A stretch of 64,000 nt of DNA from Neoconidiobolus thromboides FSU 785 (Eukaryota; Fungi; Entomophthoromycota): assembly GCA_025603075.1 (NCBI GenBank), contig MU626258.1, positions 11,457 to 75,456 on the forward strand, in the 5' to 3' direction. Shown in pieces: positions 1 to 12,373 of the stretch; the stretch's first letter is position 1, and every line of letters begins with the position of its first letter. Below the pieces are notes generated by a model. The model was not told the origin of the DNA, did no database searches, and worked only from the letters and a program-made list of their open reading frames with translations. The position numbers were made by a program, and so were the translations under genes.

Positions 1-192
1 CCTTTAGATACTCCCTTTTTATTGGATGATAAATTGACTAACTTCTCTAGTTCAGGCTATAACTTAAATTTATCTACCTTGGAGTTATGCAACAACGGAC
101 AGTGTGTAAAACCTATTAAAAAAAATGATGAATGTATGAGCTTACATACTACTGATAAGTTATGTCGAATTGTACTTGAGTATAAGAATTAA
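1..192 (+). CDS. 3' end of an unknown protein-coding gene running in from the window edge (63 aa, 4 Cys)
   Basis: Frame 1 is open from base 1 to TAA at 190-192 (PLDTPFLL...CNNGQCVKP...ECMSL...KLCRIVLEYKN*). Composition is coding-like, then drops to AT-rich intergenic sequence. Confidence 0.5.
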   Translation, partial: PLDTPFLLDDKLTNFSSSGYNLNLSTLELCNNGQCVKPIKKNDECMSLHTTDKLCRIVLEYKN

Positions 193-1421
193 AACTTCCC
201 GCTATTACTGACATTACTTAACTTATGTTTTTTTATTTACTCTTTTAAAAATTAAATTTGTCTAAATACTTTAAACATGCTTCTATTCCCAAGTCTCTTA
301 TGTTACTCCTGGAAGTCGATGTTATTTATAAATGGTATGACCATAGTCTTTAGATTAATTTAATCAAGTAATAATAATTTTATTCTAAAAATGTGATAAT
401 CTGTGTATACCAAGTGCTTCCATTTAAGTATAAAAAGTATACAAAAATAGTTAAAGTTCTGTTAAATTTAACTATTTAGATGGTAAAATCTACTAATAAC
501 ATTATAAGCATAATATTTAAGAAATCCTTCAAAAATACATTACTCAATCAAATTTAGAATATCATTTACTCTTTTGTATTTCTTTTTTGAATTAGTTTCC
601 AGTAGTTTTTACAATAAAACTGTTTATTTGTTTGGTTTTATAAAGCTTTGTCCTTTTGTTTTGCTTAAACTTTAGAATAAATTTTGCACTTAAATCAGCT
701 ATTATATAGTTTCAAAAAGAGCTTCAACACTTGTATTATTACAGCAGTTATTCACTTTTAAAGCCACTTAGTTTAAAGAAAATTTGCTTTAAATAGTTGA
801 ATTTAAAGGAAGATCTACATAAATATGCTAAAAAAGTATTAAATTGGTTCTTAAGAAAAAAACAAATTAAATAAAGAAAAAGAAAAATATCAAACTTTAG
901 TTAAAATATAATCATAGTTTTTTCAATAAATTTTTATATTTTTGTTTGATGCATTTGGGTGTTTACGTTTTTATCAAGACTTATAGCATTTATTTCTTTT
1001 TTTCTAAGGAGAGAAATGGTATTTGTATAAAGATAAATAAATGAGTAGGATTAAATAAAGCAAATAACTTTAGTTTTTCCAAAGGACATTTATTATACCG
1101 CATAGAACATCACACAATATGCTAACTTATATGCCTTAGTATGCTTTTTAAAGGCTTCAGTATTAATCTATTGCAGTTATTATAGGATATTAATTAAATA
1201 GTGGCTGATAAATAAGCCAACCACAATAAATAATAACTTTATATTTAGATTATGACTTCAGTTTTGAGAACAATTTAATTAACTTTAGCCAATAAAATAG
1301 GATAAGCTAAGAACAATTGAAGTAAAAGAATAAATACAATAAAATAGTAAATTAGAACAAGAATAAAACTTCAAAATGAAGGTTATTAAAAAATACTTTT
1401 TTGTTATTACAAAAGTTAAAA

Positions 1422-3453
1422 ATGTTGAATTTAAGACTCAATCGAAAGGTAGCAATCGCCATGGGCTTGGTAATAAGTATTATTTTGTTCAGTTACATGG
1501 TCTACCAAAGTAGTAGTGGTATGCAATATCCAGTGGTGGAAACAGGGGATATCAAAGCTTCAACCCATAACAACTATCAAAATAATTTTGACAGGAACGA
1601 GCTTCCAACAGAATTAAGTAAAAGTTTAGAAACAGATATAGAAAAGAGTAAGGCTGTTAAAGATGCCTTCAAATTTGTCTGGAAAAATTATAAAGAAAAA
1701 GCAATGGGCCATGACAATATTGGTCCTTTATCTGGACAGCACTCGGATAACTGGAACTCGTAAGTTCTTTTTTTGATATTAACAGGCATTAGTATATTAA
1801 CTATTATAGGTGGGGTATCACCTTAGTGGATAGTTTAGATACTCTACTACTTATGGACTTAGAAGACGAATTCAAAGATGCTATGGAAACAGTTAAAAAA
1901 ATTAATTATAAAAAATCAGTAGGCCATAATATATGTAAACTAATAGCAAAATAATAATCTTGTTGATATAGCAATCCAAATTTACGGTGTTCGAAATTAT
2001 CATCCGACATTTGGGTGGCTTGATTGCTGCTTATGATTTAAGTAAAGAAGAAATTTTACTAAGCCATGCAAAAGACCTTGCTGACAATTTGTTACCTGCT
2101 TTCGACAGCCCCTTTGGGTACCCTGTAAGACATTTCAATTATGGAGAGTAAATTACTATAAAGTAGTGACTCTAAAATAGTACTAAAAATGTTAGGAAAG
2201 TCAGTGAGAATACTCAAAAAATCAATACTTTAGCTGAAGTTGGATCTTTACAATTGGAATTTCATCGTCTATCAGTTATTACTGGAGATAAAAGATATGC
2301 TGATATAGTAAGCCTATAAAAGTTGTAGTTATTATATCTTAATAATATATTTCCTAGGCTCAGAAAATCATTGATAATGTAGAATCATGGGAGTTAGATA
2401 TTCCAGGGTTATATCCGCTTGAATTTGATATTACTACCAATAAGCCTATTACAAGTAAACTACTCATAGTTTTGTTTAAAAAAGATAACTTATCTTTTAT
2501 AGAAAAAATTTCTTTTGGAGCTTTAGGTGATAGTTTTTATGAAGTAACTACTAACCATTATAATTTAATTATATTAATCAATCCATTAGTACCTTATAAA
2601 GCGATATATCTTAATGGGTGGTAGCGAACCTCAATATAAGGAAATGTGTAAGTCTGAATTAGTTTAAACAGCGAAACACAGTAATATAGTATTTTTGTTA
2701 GATCAAAGTTCCATTAAATCCCTCAAAGAAAAATTATTAGTTAAAAAAGGAAATGATTTATTTTTAACTGAATTAGATTATAACTTAAAACCAAACAATG
2801 AGATGGATCATTTAGTAAGATTTACAACAATAACAACTAATTCAAACATTAACAATAATCAAGGCATGCTTTGTACCAGGAATGTTAATGTTGAGCGGGG
2901 TTTATTTAAAAGAAAAAGAAGAGTATGTAATTGGCAAGAAACTAGTCAAAAGCTGCCAAATGTTTTACAATCAAACTGCTACTGGATTAGGGCCTGAAAA
3001 AATTGGATTTGATCCAAAGAAAGACGGTGTAGAAGGATTGGATAATATTTACAGATTAAGACCTGAAACTCTGGAATCCATTTACTACGCTTATAAATTT
3101 ACTGGAGATAATGAATATAGAGAATGGGCTTGGAGAATATTTACTGTAATTACATTGCTTGTTTATTTTCACCTTTTTATTAATGTCTTTTTTAGGCAAT
3201 TGAAAGACATTGCAAAGGTAAATACGGGTATACTGAATATAAAGACGTAAACAGTCTTGGGAATGATAATCAGAGTGATTCTATGGAAAGGTAAATTATT
3301 ATTTTATTTTATTTTATTATTTATCAATTCTTTTTTAGCTACTTTTTAGCAGAAACTTTAAAATATTTGTATCTTATCTTTACTCCAAATACTTTAGATT
3401 TATCAAAATATGTATTTACAACTGAAGCTCATCCACTTTTAATAACACAATAA
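1422..3453 (+). CDS. Class I alpha-1,2-mannosidase (GH47), type II membrane protein, multi-exon (paralog A)
   Basis: N-terminal TM segment. Spliced exons give [48 protein letters not shown] and VFTTEAHP, all GH47 motifs. Confidence 0.92.
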
Positions 3454-3468
3454 ATGTTTATGTTTGGT

Positions 3469-4995
3469 TTATTTTAATAACAGTTTTTTCAGATAATCAT
3501 TTAAAAATAGATCATTAGGATCATTTTGTTTTCTAATGTTTAAGAAGGTACTATATTTTGGATATAACTGAGACAATTCTTTATATTTTAAGCCATGCGG
3601 CTATTGAAAGTTGTTAATACACTATTTCTTTCTAAAATATTAAACTTACTTTTGCCCAATGTGGTCGACCATTATATTTTTTCATTATAAGTTCAAACAA
3701 ATCAAAATATTTTTGGTACTCAATTTCAGCTCCAAAAGGTCTAATAATAAGAACAATGAATTACAATTAAGTTATTATAAAAATACTTACTTATACATAA
3801 TAATCCCAATATAGCAAACGTCCTGATTGTAAGCAGGGGAAATCAAAATGTCTTCTTTTTTAACAAATCGGATTTCAATAGGGAAGTGCACTAAAAGTTC
3901 TTGATCAAGTAATAGTTGATTCAGCTCATTTAAAGCTTGTTTAGTGAATTGAATAGGGATTGCCCATTCGTTAACATTCTGTTGAAATAGACAATCAAAG
4001 TTAAACCCTCGATAGCTCAATCTCACCTCTTTTTTAATTACTTTAAAAAATCTTTGATAATAATAACTATTAATCCATGGTATGATACTAGGTACGTATT
4101 TTCCAATAAATAGCAACAGCTCATAGATATTAACTCTAATTATCCTTTCTAATATACCTGTATTTACTTCCTTAGTTATCTATAAATTGTAAACACAAGT
4201 AAATATTATATTATCAATGATTACTTCTTTCTTCGTTTTATTTGCTGTCCAGGCAAAACAATTAATATCTTTAACATGAGGGAACCACCAAAACCTGGCA
4301 TACTCAGATCTCTGTGTAATACCTAAATACTCATCCACCATTCTATCAAACAAGATAGGGTACTGGTGAATATCTAAATTAAACTGTTCCACCAACTGAA
4401 GTTTAACTTTAGTAATAATCCCCAATACTCCTAAATTACATAAATAACTCCTAAATAATTCACCATCGTTAAGATCGATAGTTTTATAATTTCCTAATCC
4501 ATCGAAATATGATATCTCTATCACATGGTTGGCCAAACTTCCATAGCCAAGGCCAGTGCCATGGACAGGAGTACCTAAGATACCGCCGATTGATTGGTCA
4601 GAGATCGAGCCCAAATTTTCAAAAGCCAAATTGTTTCGGTCTAAGACAATATTTAAATCTTTAAGCTTAATCCCGGCCTCTACCACAATTTGTTTTTTTT
4701 TTGTGTTTATCTAAAAAAATTGTTATAAATTAAATTAAGTTAACGGCAATTTTACTTCTATGACACGATTTAAATTGTCGAGATTTACTGTAAAATCTAA
4801 ACTTAGGATCAAAGAGCTTGGGCTTAACTTTGAACCCATTACTCTCACCTTTCGATTGCTTTTGTTGCTCAGTTGAATGATCCTTTTGACTTCATCTTCA
4901 TGGCTTACATAAAAGATTCGATATGGATTAAAATGAAAATTGTTACTCCAGTTTTGGATCCTTATATTAGCTTTGCTTTTAATGGCTGGCTCCAT
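3469..4995 (-). CDS. ALO1: D-arabinono-1,4-lactone oxidase / L-gulonolactone oxidase family flavoprotein, multi-exon
   Basis: IQNWS start, GSKLSPS FAD loop, NLGSISDQSIGG, HGTG, FPIEIRF and GRPHWAK motifs. Stop at 3469. Confidence 0.88.
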
Positions 4996-6161
4996 TTTTA
5001 GTATATCTTTCTATTTTATTATTCTATTATTAAAGTTTATAAAAAACAATTGTTCTCGATTTTTGATCGTTGATTTTTTCGAAAAATTATGCAATCGAGA
5101 TTAGCAAATAGTAATGATAGTGTAGAAAGAGAATTGCTATATTTGGGATCGAAATCTGATTATAAAAACTAAAAATTCGATTGTTTTGAAGGATAGTTTT
5201 ATGGTGTAAAAATGCTACAAAGTTATATAGTGCGTGTTTAAAAAGGTAACAAATTAAAGTTACTTGATATCAAGCAATATATAAAGCCACACTTATGTTG
5301 TTATCTACATCATTGCTATATATGAAGTCCAACTTAGTTTGGTTCTATGATATGATAGAAGTTTATAATACTAAAATTTGTTTACAATAAATCATTTAGC
5401 AAATAGCTATTAATATTGATATGAGAACATGTTTTGTTTTATAAAATCAATCCTAAATTTTGTCAATGTGTCGAAAATTAAAATTAATCGAAATAAGCTA
5501 TTTCTTTGAATAACATATTAGTATATAAAGATTTAACTAAAGCATTTACTAATAAGTTTATACATTACATTTGAGTACTTAAGAGTAATTAGCAGGTTTA
5601 GAAGATTAGTTTTAATTAGCCATTGTTACTTTGTAACTATAAATTTAAATAATAAATTAAAGTATTAAGTAAAAAATAAACAATGTATAAAAAACAAAAT
5701 AAAGTTAAATTATAACCTAAAAAAAGTGATATGTATCTTATTATTTATGGTGTGTTTTATCAAGGGTTTGTAATATTTTAAAAAATCATTAAAAAGTTTA
5801 AAAAGTATTTTTAATTCAATTTATATTATATTTTTATATCTGTAAAATACAAAACCAATTATGAATTAATTAACACAATTTATTAGTTCACTTATCTAGA
5901 TAAAATATAATTTCTAATAATATTTAACTGATAATGTCAGTATTTTTAAGGGGCAAGTAAAATTAAAATCAATAAAACTTGTTTTGAATAAAAAATAGTA
6001 ATTTAACACCTTCTCTAAGTTTTAAATTGTAATAAATGAATTGAATGTAAACATTCTCAAGTCGGAAATTAGCACGAGGTAAGTTATAATATCAAAATTT
6101 ATAATAGTATAAATACTTTTGAATTGTGAACTTAATTTTTGTTTAAAAGAAAGTAAATTCA

Positions 6162-6308
6162 ATGAAATTTTTAATATTAGCCATTTGGTTAAGTGTATGC
6201 TCCACCTTCCGTATAGGCTTTCCTATGCAAGATGATAGTCAAGTTCAAGAAGTTCCAAAACCAAAAGTAGATGGTGATAGAGTCTTACCTTTTATGGGTC
6301 CACAATGA
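6162..6308 (+). CDS. Putative small secreted peptide, 48 aa (below the ORF-track cutoff)
   Basis: MKFLILAIWLSVCSTFRIGFPMQDDSQVQEVPKPKVDGDRVLPFMGPQ*. Signal-peptide-like N-terminus, TATAAATA about 50 bp upstream, higher GC than flanks. Confidence 0.55.
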   Translation: MKFLILAIWLSVCSTFRIGFPMQDDSQVQEVPKPKVDGDRVLPFMGPQ

Positions 6309-6549
6309 ATAAAATTCATCTAATTATTTGGGATATAAAATACTACTCGCAAAATTTATTTTCTATCTTTATCGTTTTATGACATGTTTAAAAATAACAG
6401 TAAATTTTATTGCCACTCTCTAGTTTAGACTAATAAAATTTCGCTTAAATTGGTTTTTAAAATTATAATTCGATTTTTAAATTAATAAAAGAAAATAACA
6501 ATAACCAAAATAAGCAATTTGTTTAGTATTTTAATAATATATTATAATC

Positions 6550-7209
6550 TTAAATGAAGATAAGCTTTAGAGCTGAGAATAAAGCGAATCCAGCAGGTCC
6601 GAACATCAATGTAAAATATAAGCTAAGTACAACAAGTGGCCAAGGTATATTTGACTAAATGATTAGTAAATTGAACAATTATCTATTAAAAACTTACTTG
6701 TAAGGATTCAACAACAATTTGCTTTGCAATAAGTAAATCAAAACACAAATAATGGATCCATCCAGCAAGTAAAAAATAATTGCTACCATTTTTAAAAACA
6801 TCAAAGACCCCATTGATAGTTGAGAAGGATTTTATAGATTTATTATAATTGGGGATAACTATATACAAAGTTAAATTTACAACAAATAGAGATAATGTTA
6901 GTAACTTACTATTTGAATAGGACTCAACATTATTTTTACCAATTTTAAGTGAAGTTAATATATTATGAATATATAAAATGGCATCAACTATACATATTGT
7001 GTTCACTATTTGGAATGTATACTCCCATGTTGGTAGCACCGCCAATAAGCTAAAACCAACTAAAGCTAAACGATATGTTAAAGTAAGTTATATATACAAG
7101 ATAATAACGTACATAATCTTGAGCCTATGTTAAAGAAATGGCGTTGATTATCTTTGATTTCAAAGCTTTTGATTGTATTAAGTTTGTCTAATAGCTCCTG
7201 GTTCTCCAT
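6550..7209 (-). CDS. ABA4-like (DUF4281) membrane protein, 3 exons
   Basis: Spliced product MENQELLDK...LLAVLPTW...AGWIHYLCFDL...LMFGPAGF. The W-x-H-Y-L-x-F-D-L and FGPxG motifs typify the ABA4-like family. Confidence 0.8.
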
Positions 7210-7911
7210 TTTTTATAAACTTATATTTTAATTTATATGATTTTCTTGGTTTATATAGTTTTTTATTTCAACAAAACAGTAAAAATAAACTAAAAATAAA
7301 TTTATACTTTGAACTTTATTGGTCGATATTGTGGAAAAACAATGTCCTATTTGGAAAGCGAACTTTAAAGCTATCTTACTATTTCCGAAACTTTTAAATA
7401 ACATAATATAGCCCAGTTTTACATATTATTATTCTTACTACTATTTTTTGTTATTAAATAAGATTGCAATGATAAAAATGTGTAATTGAGTCCTTTATTT
7501 ATGACTATAAAACTTAACTTTACGATAATCACGTTCTATTTCTGTCCTCTCTAATAGTTTGAGAAGTTCAAGACATAGTAACCTATCAAATACTAAGACA
7601 CATAAAAAAACTATAGTATTTTCACCAAAATACTACTACCAACAATAAATATATTTATTTATATCCACAAGGTAAATTTAAACTGTCATTTATAACAAAG
7701 TCATATTATACTTACTCAAATAATAAAAATAGTACACATTCATAATTTGACAGAATATATTCAAAATGGATGAATCGTTTCAATTTTGTTTGGTATTGTT
7801 TATTAACTTGTTAATATTTAATAAAAATGAAAATTTATACTTAAAAAAATAATTAATAGAAAATAATTACTTTAAATTATAACTATCATTTATTGAATCT
7901 ATTTTAATTCC

Positions 7912-8205
7912 TTATTTATTTTCATCAAGGAGAGACAACTTTCTAGAATACTTATCAACTTCACTAGTGATTTCCTTCTCCTTCAATGAGTCTGCTTTTA
8001 AATTTAATTCAAAGCCATCTTTAAACTTAATGTAAATCAAGTTATTTTTTTTCAAATCCGACTGCACTACAGTATTAATTTTGCAATCTGGGTTAGTTAA
8101 TACGTTTTTATCTGTGGAGACTCTGTTTAAAAAACTCCTTGCTGATACGCTGGTAACATTATAAGGTGTTAATTTGATCCTGATCTCTGATATATACTTT
8201 AACAT
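7912..8205 (-). CDS. MRPL44: Mitochondrial ribosomal protein mL53 (yeast Mrpl44-like)
   Basis: 97 aa; MLKYISEIRIKLTPY...SARSFL...IKFKDG resembles yeast Mrpl44 in length and pattern. Confidence 0.75.
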   Translation of the reverse strand: MLKYISEIRIKLTPYNVTSVSARSFLNRVSTDKNVLTNPDCKINTVVQSDLKKNNLIYIKFKDGFELNLKADSLKEKEITSEVDKYSRKLSLLDENK

Positions 8206-8418
8206 TTTGGTGATTGAATTTCGGTTTAAACCTAGTTTCTTTATTTTATGGGATTTTCATTACAAACTATCCAACTTTTTTTAAATTACGCAGTATCCTT
8301 AAAATGTGCGCAGTTAAAGATGGATAAGTATAAATTGAGGCTGATTGTATACTTTTTTATGAATTAATCACTGTTTTCTTTAGCCAGTTTTAGTGGTAAA
8401 TAAATAAATAAGAAAAAA

Positions 8419-10513
8419 ATGGAGTTTCAAGAAGTAAAAGTTAAGTACATACCAAAGCCATTAAACATTTTTGAATTAAATCAATTACATTATGAAAATA
8501 TTGAAGAGGAGCTATCGTGTAAATCAACAAAAGATGTAAAGGATAAAGATGTAACAAATAAAGAAACCTTTGATAAAACAGTGAATTCCGGGCTATCATG
8601 TACTGTATGTAATTTGAATCATTTTATAAATATAAAAGATCAAAGAGAACATTTTAAGTTGGACTGGCATAGATTTAATTTAAATAGGAAACTAAAAAAG
8701 TTGCCGCCAGTTGATGAAAACAAGTTTGAAGAACTAATAGAGGGTACTTTATAATTCCTATATTTTTTGAAAAAACTAATTTTCATTAGATTTGTCATCT
8801 ATCTCTGGCTCAGAAGATGAAGAAAATTACTCTAACAAGTTAAAAGATTTAACTGTTGATGGTGAAAAAGAGGAAGAAGAAGAGGAAGAGGAAGAGGTAA
8901 TGAAAGAAGGGTCCATTGTATGGTATAAACAAAAGGACTCAAGTGAGGTGTTGGGTTTCTATAAAAAAATAGTAGGAGAGCAAGACAATAAAGTAATTGA
9001 TAAAAGAACATTGAAGCATAAATTGGATGAGCATAAACAGAATTTATGGGCATTCATCATGTTAGGTGGAGGACACTTTGCTGCAGCAATATTTGACAAC
9101 TTTAATTATGATAAAAAGAATTCTAAGCCAAATATGATTTTACATAAAACATTTCATAAATATACAGTCAGAAGAAAACAAGGTGGTGGGCAATCAAGCA
9201 ACGATAATTCTAAAGGTACAGCACATTCAGCAGGTTCGTATATTAGAAGACAACAAGAAGCGGTTTTAAAGCAGGATATCTATGACCTCTTAACTAAATG
9301 GAAGCCAAAATTAGATCAATGCAATAAAATATTTATTAGGGCTCCTAGTTCGAATTATAAAATTTTGTATAATTTTGATGAGCCTGTTATCAGCCCTAAA
9401 GACAAAAGAGTATGTAAATTTCCTATCACTACCAGAAGGCCAACTCTTAAGGAATTGACTAGGTTATACCATGAATTTATTTGGGTTAAAGTTGGGGAAG
9501 TTACATCTGCTACAAATAGCGTTAAACCAAAAGAAGCAAGTAAAGAGTCCAAGATGGAATTACCTGAAAATATAGTCAAACCTAAGGAGAAAAAAAATAA
9601 AGAAAAGAAAAAGTTAAGCAAGGCAATAAATGATGTTGATGAATTGACAATGGAATTTTTGTTACAAGAATATAACAATAAAGGCATGAACAAAAAAGAA
9701 ATAGTGACTAAAAACGAAGAAGTAAATGATGAAAGTCCTGAAATCAAACCAACAGCAAAGGAGTTAGATGAAATTGAAAAGATAAGTAAATGGATAATGA
9801 ACACTTTGCCTACTCAAAAAGAATACAATTCAGATGAGCTTATCGAATCAATCAATAATAATGAGTTTATTAAATCAAATATAGATTATAAGTTAACTAA
9901 TATAAAGTACAATCCTACCTTGTTCTACTTAGTTTGCTTGAATAACCACAGCAAATTAGTTGAGACTTTTTTAACTTTATTTAAGCCTGATATTTCTATC
10001 ATTTATGGTCCAGATAAATTGACAGCTTATCAATTATGTAACAAGTCGATTAAATTAATGATGAGAAATTATAGATATAATAATCCAGATGCGTTTGATT
10101 ATGATAAAGGAAGGGTTGCTGAAGGGATTACAGATGAAGAATTCGAAGATAAATTAAATAACAAAAAAGAGAAAAGTAAAGCCAAAAAGAAAGAAAAGAA
10201 AGAGATAATTAAAAAAGAAGAGATAATTAAAAACAACATTAAGGAGCTCAATGATAAACTCTTATCGGATAAAAAACCAAGTTACAAGATGTTGTCATCC
10301 AATGGTGGCCCTTCAATGGGTAATTTTGGAAGCTTTGGCCAAAGTAAACCAAGTAAGATTAGTAGCAGTAGCACTGGATTTGGGTTTACTACAACTTCGG
10401 GTGTTAAATTAGGCGGATCTGCTAGTTCTAAAGTAGGTATGTCACTCTCTGAAGAGGACAGAGAAAAGAGACTTAAAGCTATAGAAGCCAGGTTTAAAAC
10501 AGAAGAGCAATAA
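8419..10513 (+). CDS. VMS1: Vms1/ANKZF1 ribosome quality-control factor, 2 exons
   Basis: C2H2 finger (CTVC...HFKLDWHRFNL), VLRF1 domain (MLGGGHFAAAIF, HKYTVRRKQGGGQS), C-terminal VIM-like REKRLKAIEARF. Confidence 0.92.
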
Positions 10514-10861
10514 ATACGAATTATTCTAACATTTTCAGTTCTAGTCTTGTATTTTAAAGTTTTGTAAATTAAAATTTATTATTTCACAACCCATTCATGT
10601 ATTTCATTGTTTTGAATTTTGTACAAAAAATAAACAAAAATAATAGAAAACAAACCAAACACATTATTATTTCTCTTAATTGAATATTCTAAGTCTTTTA
10701 GAACAAGTATAAAAGATATTTGCTTTATTCTAGCTTAAGGCTGAAGGATATTTATTACAGCTGTATTGAAATACGATTTAAAAATACTAAAAAGAAAAGT
10801 ATATATCAAAAATAGTTAAACTTTAAATATAATATATTCTTATTCTTAGCACTGTTTACTA

Positions 10862-12373
10862 TCATTCTAATTCACTTAGAGAACAATAAGCATACCACTT
10901 CTCAAAATAAAATAGGTGGCAAGGCTCGATAGTAGAATACGCTCTTATACTATCAACTGCGCTAATGCCAGTCATAGTAACAACTTCTGGAACCATAAGT
11001 AGTAAATTGAACATAACAATAGAATACATTGGGCCAAAGGTCAACCAATTCTTGGAGAAATGATGAATAGAGAGCCATTCAATTAGTTTTGAGTCTTTAG
11101 TCAATAACTCTGATGCTGAATATTGATCTGATAGCTTTACCCTATACTCATGGAGTAGCACATCCGCTTCTTTTGATTTTTTAATAGGTAATGAGTTATA
11201 AAGTTGGATAATATTTTCAAAGGTACATTTATTGAACTCCATCCTCCATTCGGCATGATAATCATTCAGTAAATTAAAATTAATACATAGAAATGTAAAA
11301 TTCTTGGCTGCTTCTTCAATTAATGGAAGTTTAGATATCTTATTTGGTTGGACAAATTGAAGTAAAAATGGGGATGAGTTATACTCTTTAGCTAAGCTTG
11401 ATAATACTTCAATTTTCGGCACACAGTTTATTATTGCATCCCCCATTATCGAAGATAGGGCGCTGCAATTTAATACTATTAAATCCCAAATCTTAGCTTC
11501 TCTTATAACATGAAATTCATTAAAGAAATTGGATTTGTTCGATTCATTCAAACCTAACTTATCATAACCCAACAACAGTCCCATTCTAACCGCCATAAAA
11601 AGCATATTTTTAAAATTTTCAAATTTATATAAGGAAGCCTCAAAGAAAGCTAAAAACATGATAATTATTATATGGTTCAAGGATGGACTCAAATAATAAG
11701 TTGGCAGTCTAGATTTAAGATATTTGTAATAATATACTCGATATTCATTTAACTCTGAGTCTTTATTATTACAAACAGCAAAACCTGCTATATATAAAAT
11801 AATGGCATACTTCAAATCATTGTTTTTTTCTTTTCTTAATTCATAACATAGTTGAGGTCCTGTGAACCACAAACCTAGAGGGTCCAAATATTTGATATAA
11901 AACTCAGTCCCAACTTGTAAAAAACCGGCATCAAAAGTATTGATTTTGTATGACATAATCCTACGTTGTATTGGTAAATTAGGTATATTTGTTATCTTTT
12001 GAAAATTTGATAGAAAACAAACTATATTTTGGTTGTTATAAGCCAAGCTTTTCTCCAAATTGTTATTGAGAGGGCATTTGGATAGCTTATTTGATGTTTT
12101 TAAGACCCAATCTATATATCCTATCATAGATACGTATTTTTCGTATTGATAGAAATCATTTGATCCTCTCGCTTCATATTGAAGTATACCATTTTTGATT
12201 AATTCAGTTTCATTTTGAATCTCCAATTTCAATTTAAATACTTCTTTGACTGTCTTCTCAATTTGATTTGCTTTAAAATAAAACTCATTATATCGATTCT
12301 TCTTATCACTTGTCTTCTTCCTAAACCCTCCATATTTTCCATTCGGATCAAAATGTTTAAAGTTATCTTTCAT
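10862..12373 (-). CDS. Fungal_trans (middle homology region)-like protein without a visible Zn2Cys6 cluster, intronless
   Basis: 503-aa ORF with the pattern IIIIMFLAFFE...LFMAVRMGLLLGYD...REAKIWDLIVL, resembling the fungal TF-specific domain. Confidence 0.55.
   Translation of the reverse strand: MKDNFKHFDPNGKYGGFRKKTSDKKNRYNEFYFKANQIEKTVKEVFKLKLEIQNETELIKNGILQYEARGSNDFYQYEKYVSMIGYIDWVLKTSNKLSKCPLNNNLEKSLAYNNQNIVCFLSNFQKITNIPNLPIQRRIMSYKINTFDAGFLQVGTEFYIKYLDPLGLWFTGPQLCYELRKEKNNDLKYAIILYIAGFAVCNNKDSELNEYRVYYYKYLKSRLPTYYLSPSLNHIIIIMFLAFFEASLYKFENFKNMLFMAVRMGLLLGYDKLGLNESNKSNFFNEFHVIREAKIWDLIVLNCSALSSIMGDAIINCVPKIEVLSSLAKEYNSSPFLLQFVQPNKISKLPLIEEAAKNFTFLCINFNLLNDYHAEWRMEFNKCTFENIIQLYNSLPIKKSKEADVLLHEYRVKLSDQYSASELLTKDSKLIEWLSIHHFSKNWLTFGPMYSIVMFNLLLMVPEVVTMTGISAVDSIRAYSTIEPCHLFYFEKWYAYCSLSELE

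Noticed and set aside
8832-9804. Antisense ORFs 8832-9053 and 9355-9804
   Set aside because: Shadow frames of the low-complexity E/K-rich Vms1 coding strand.
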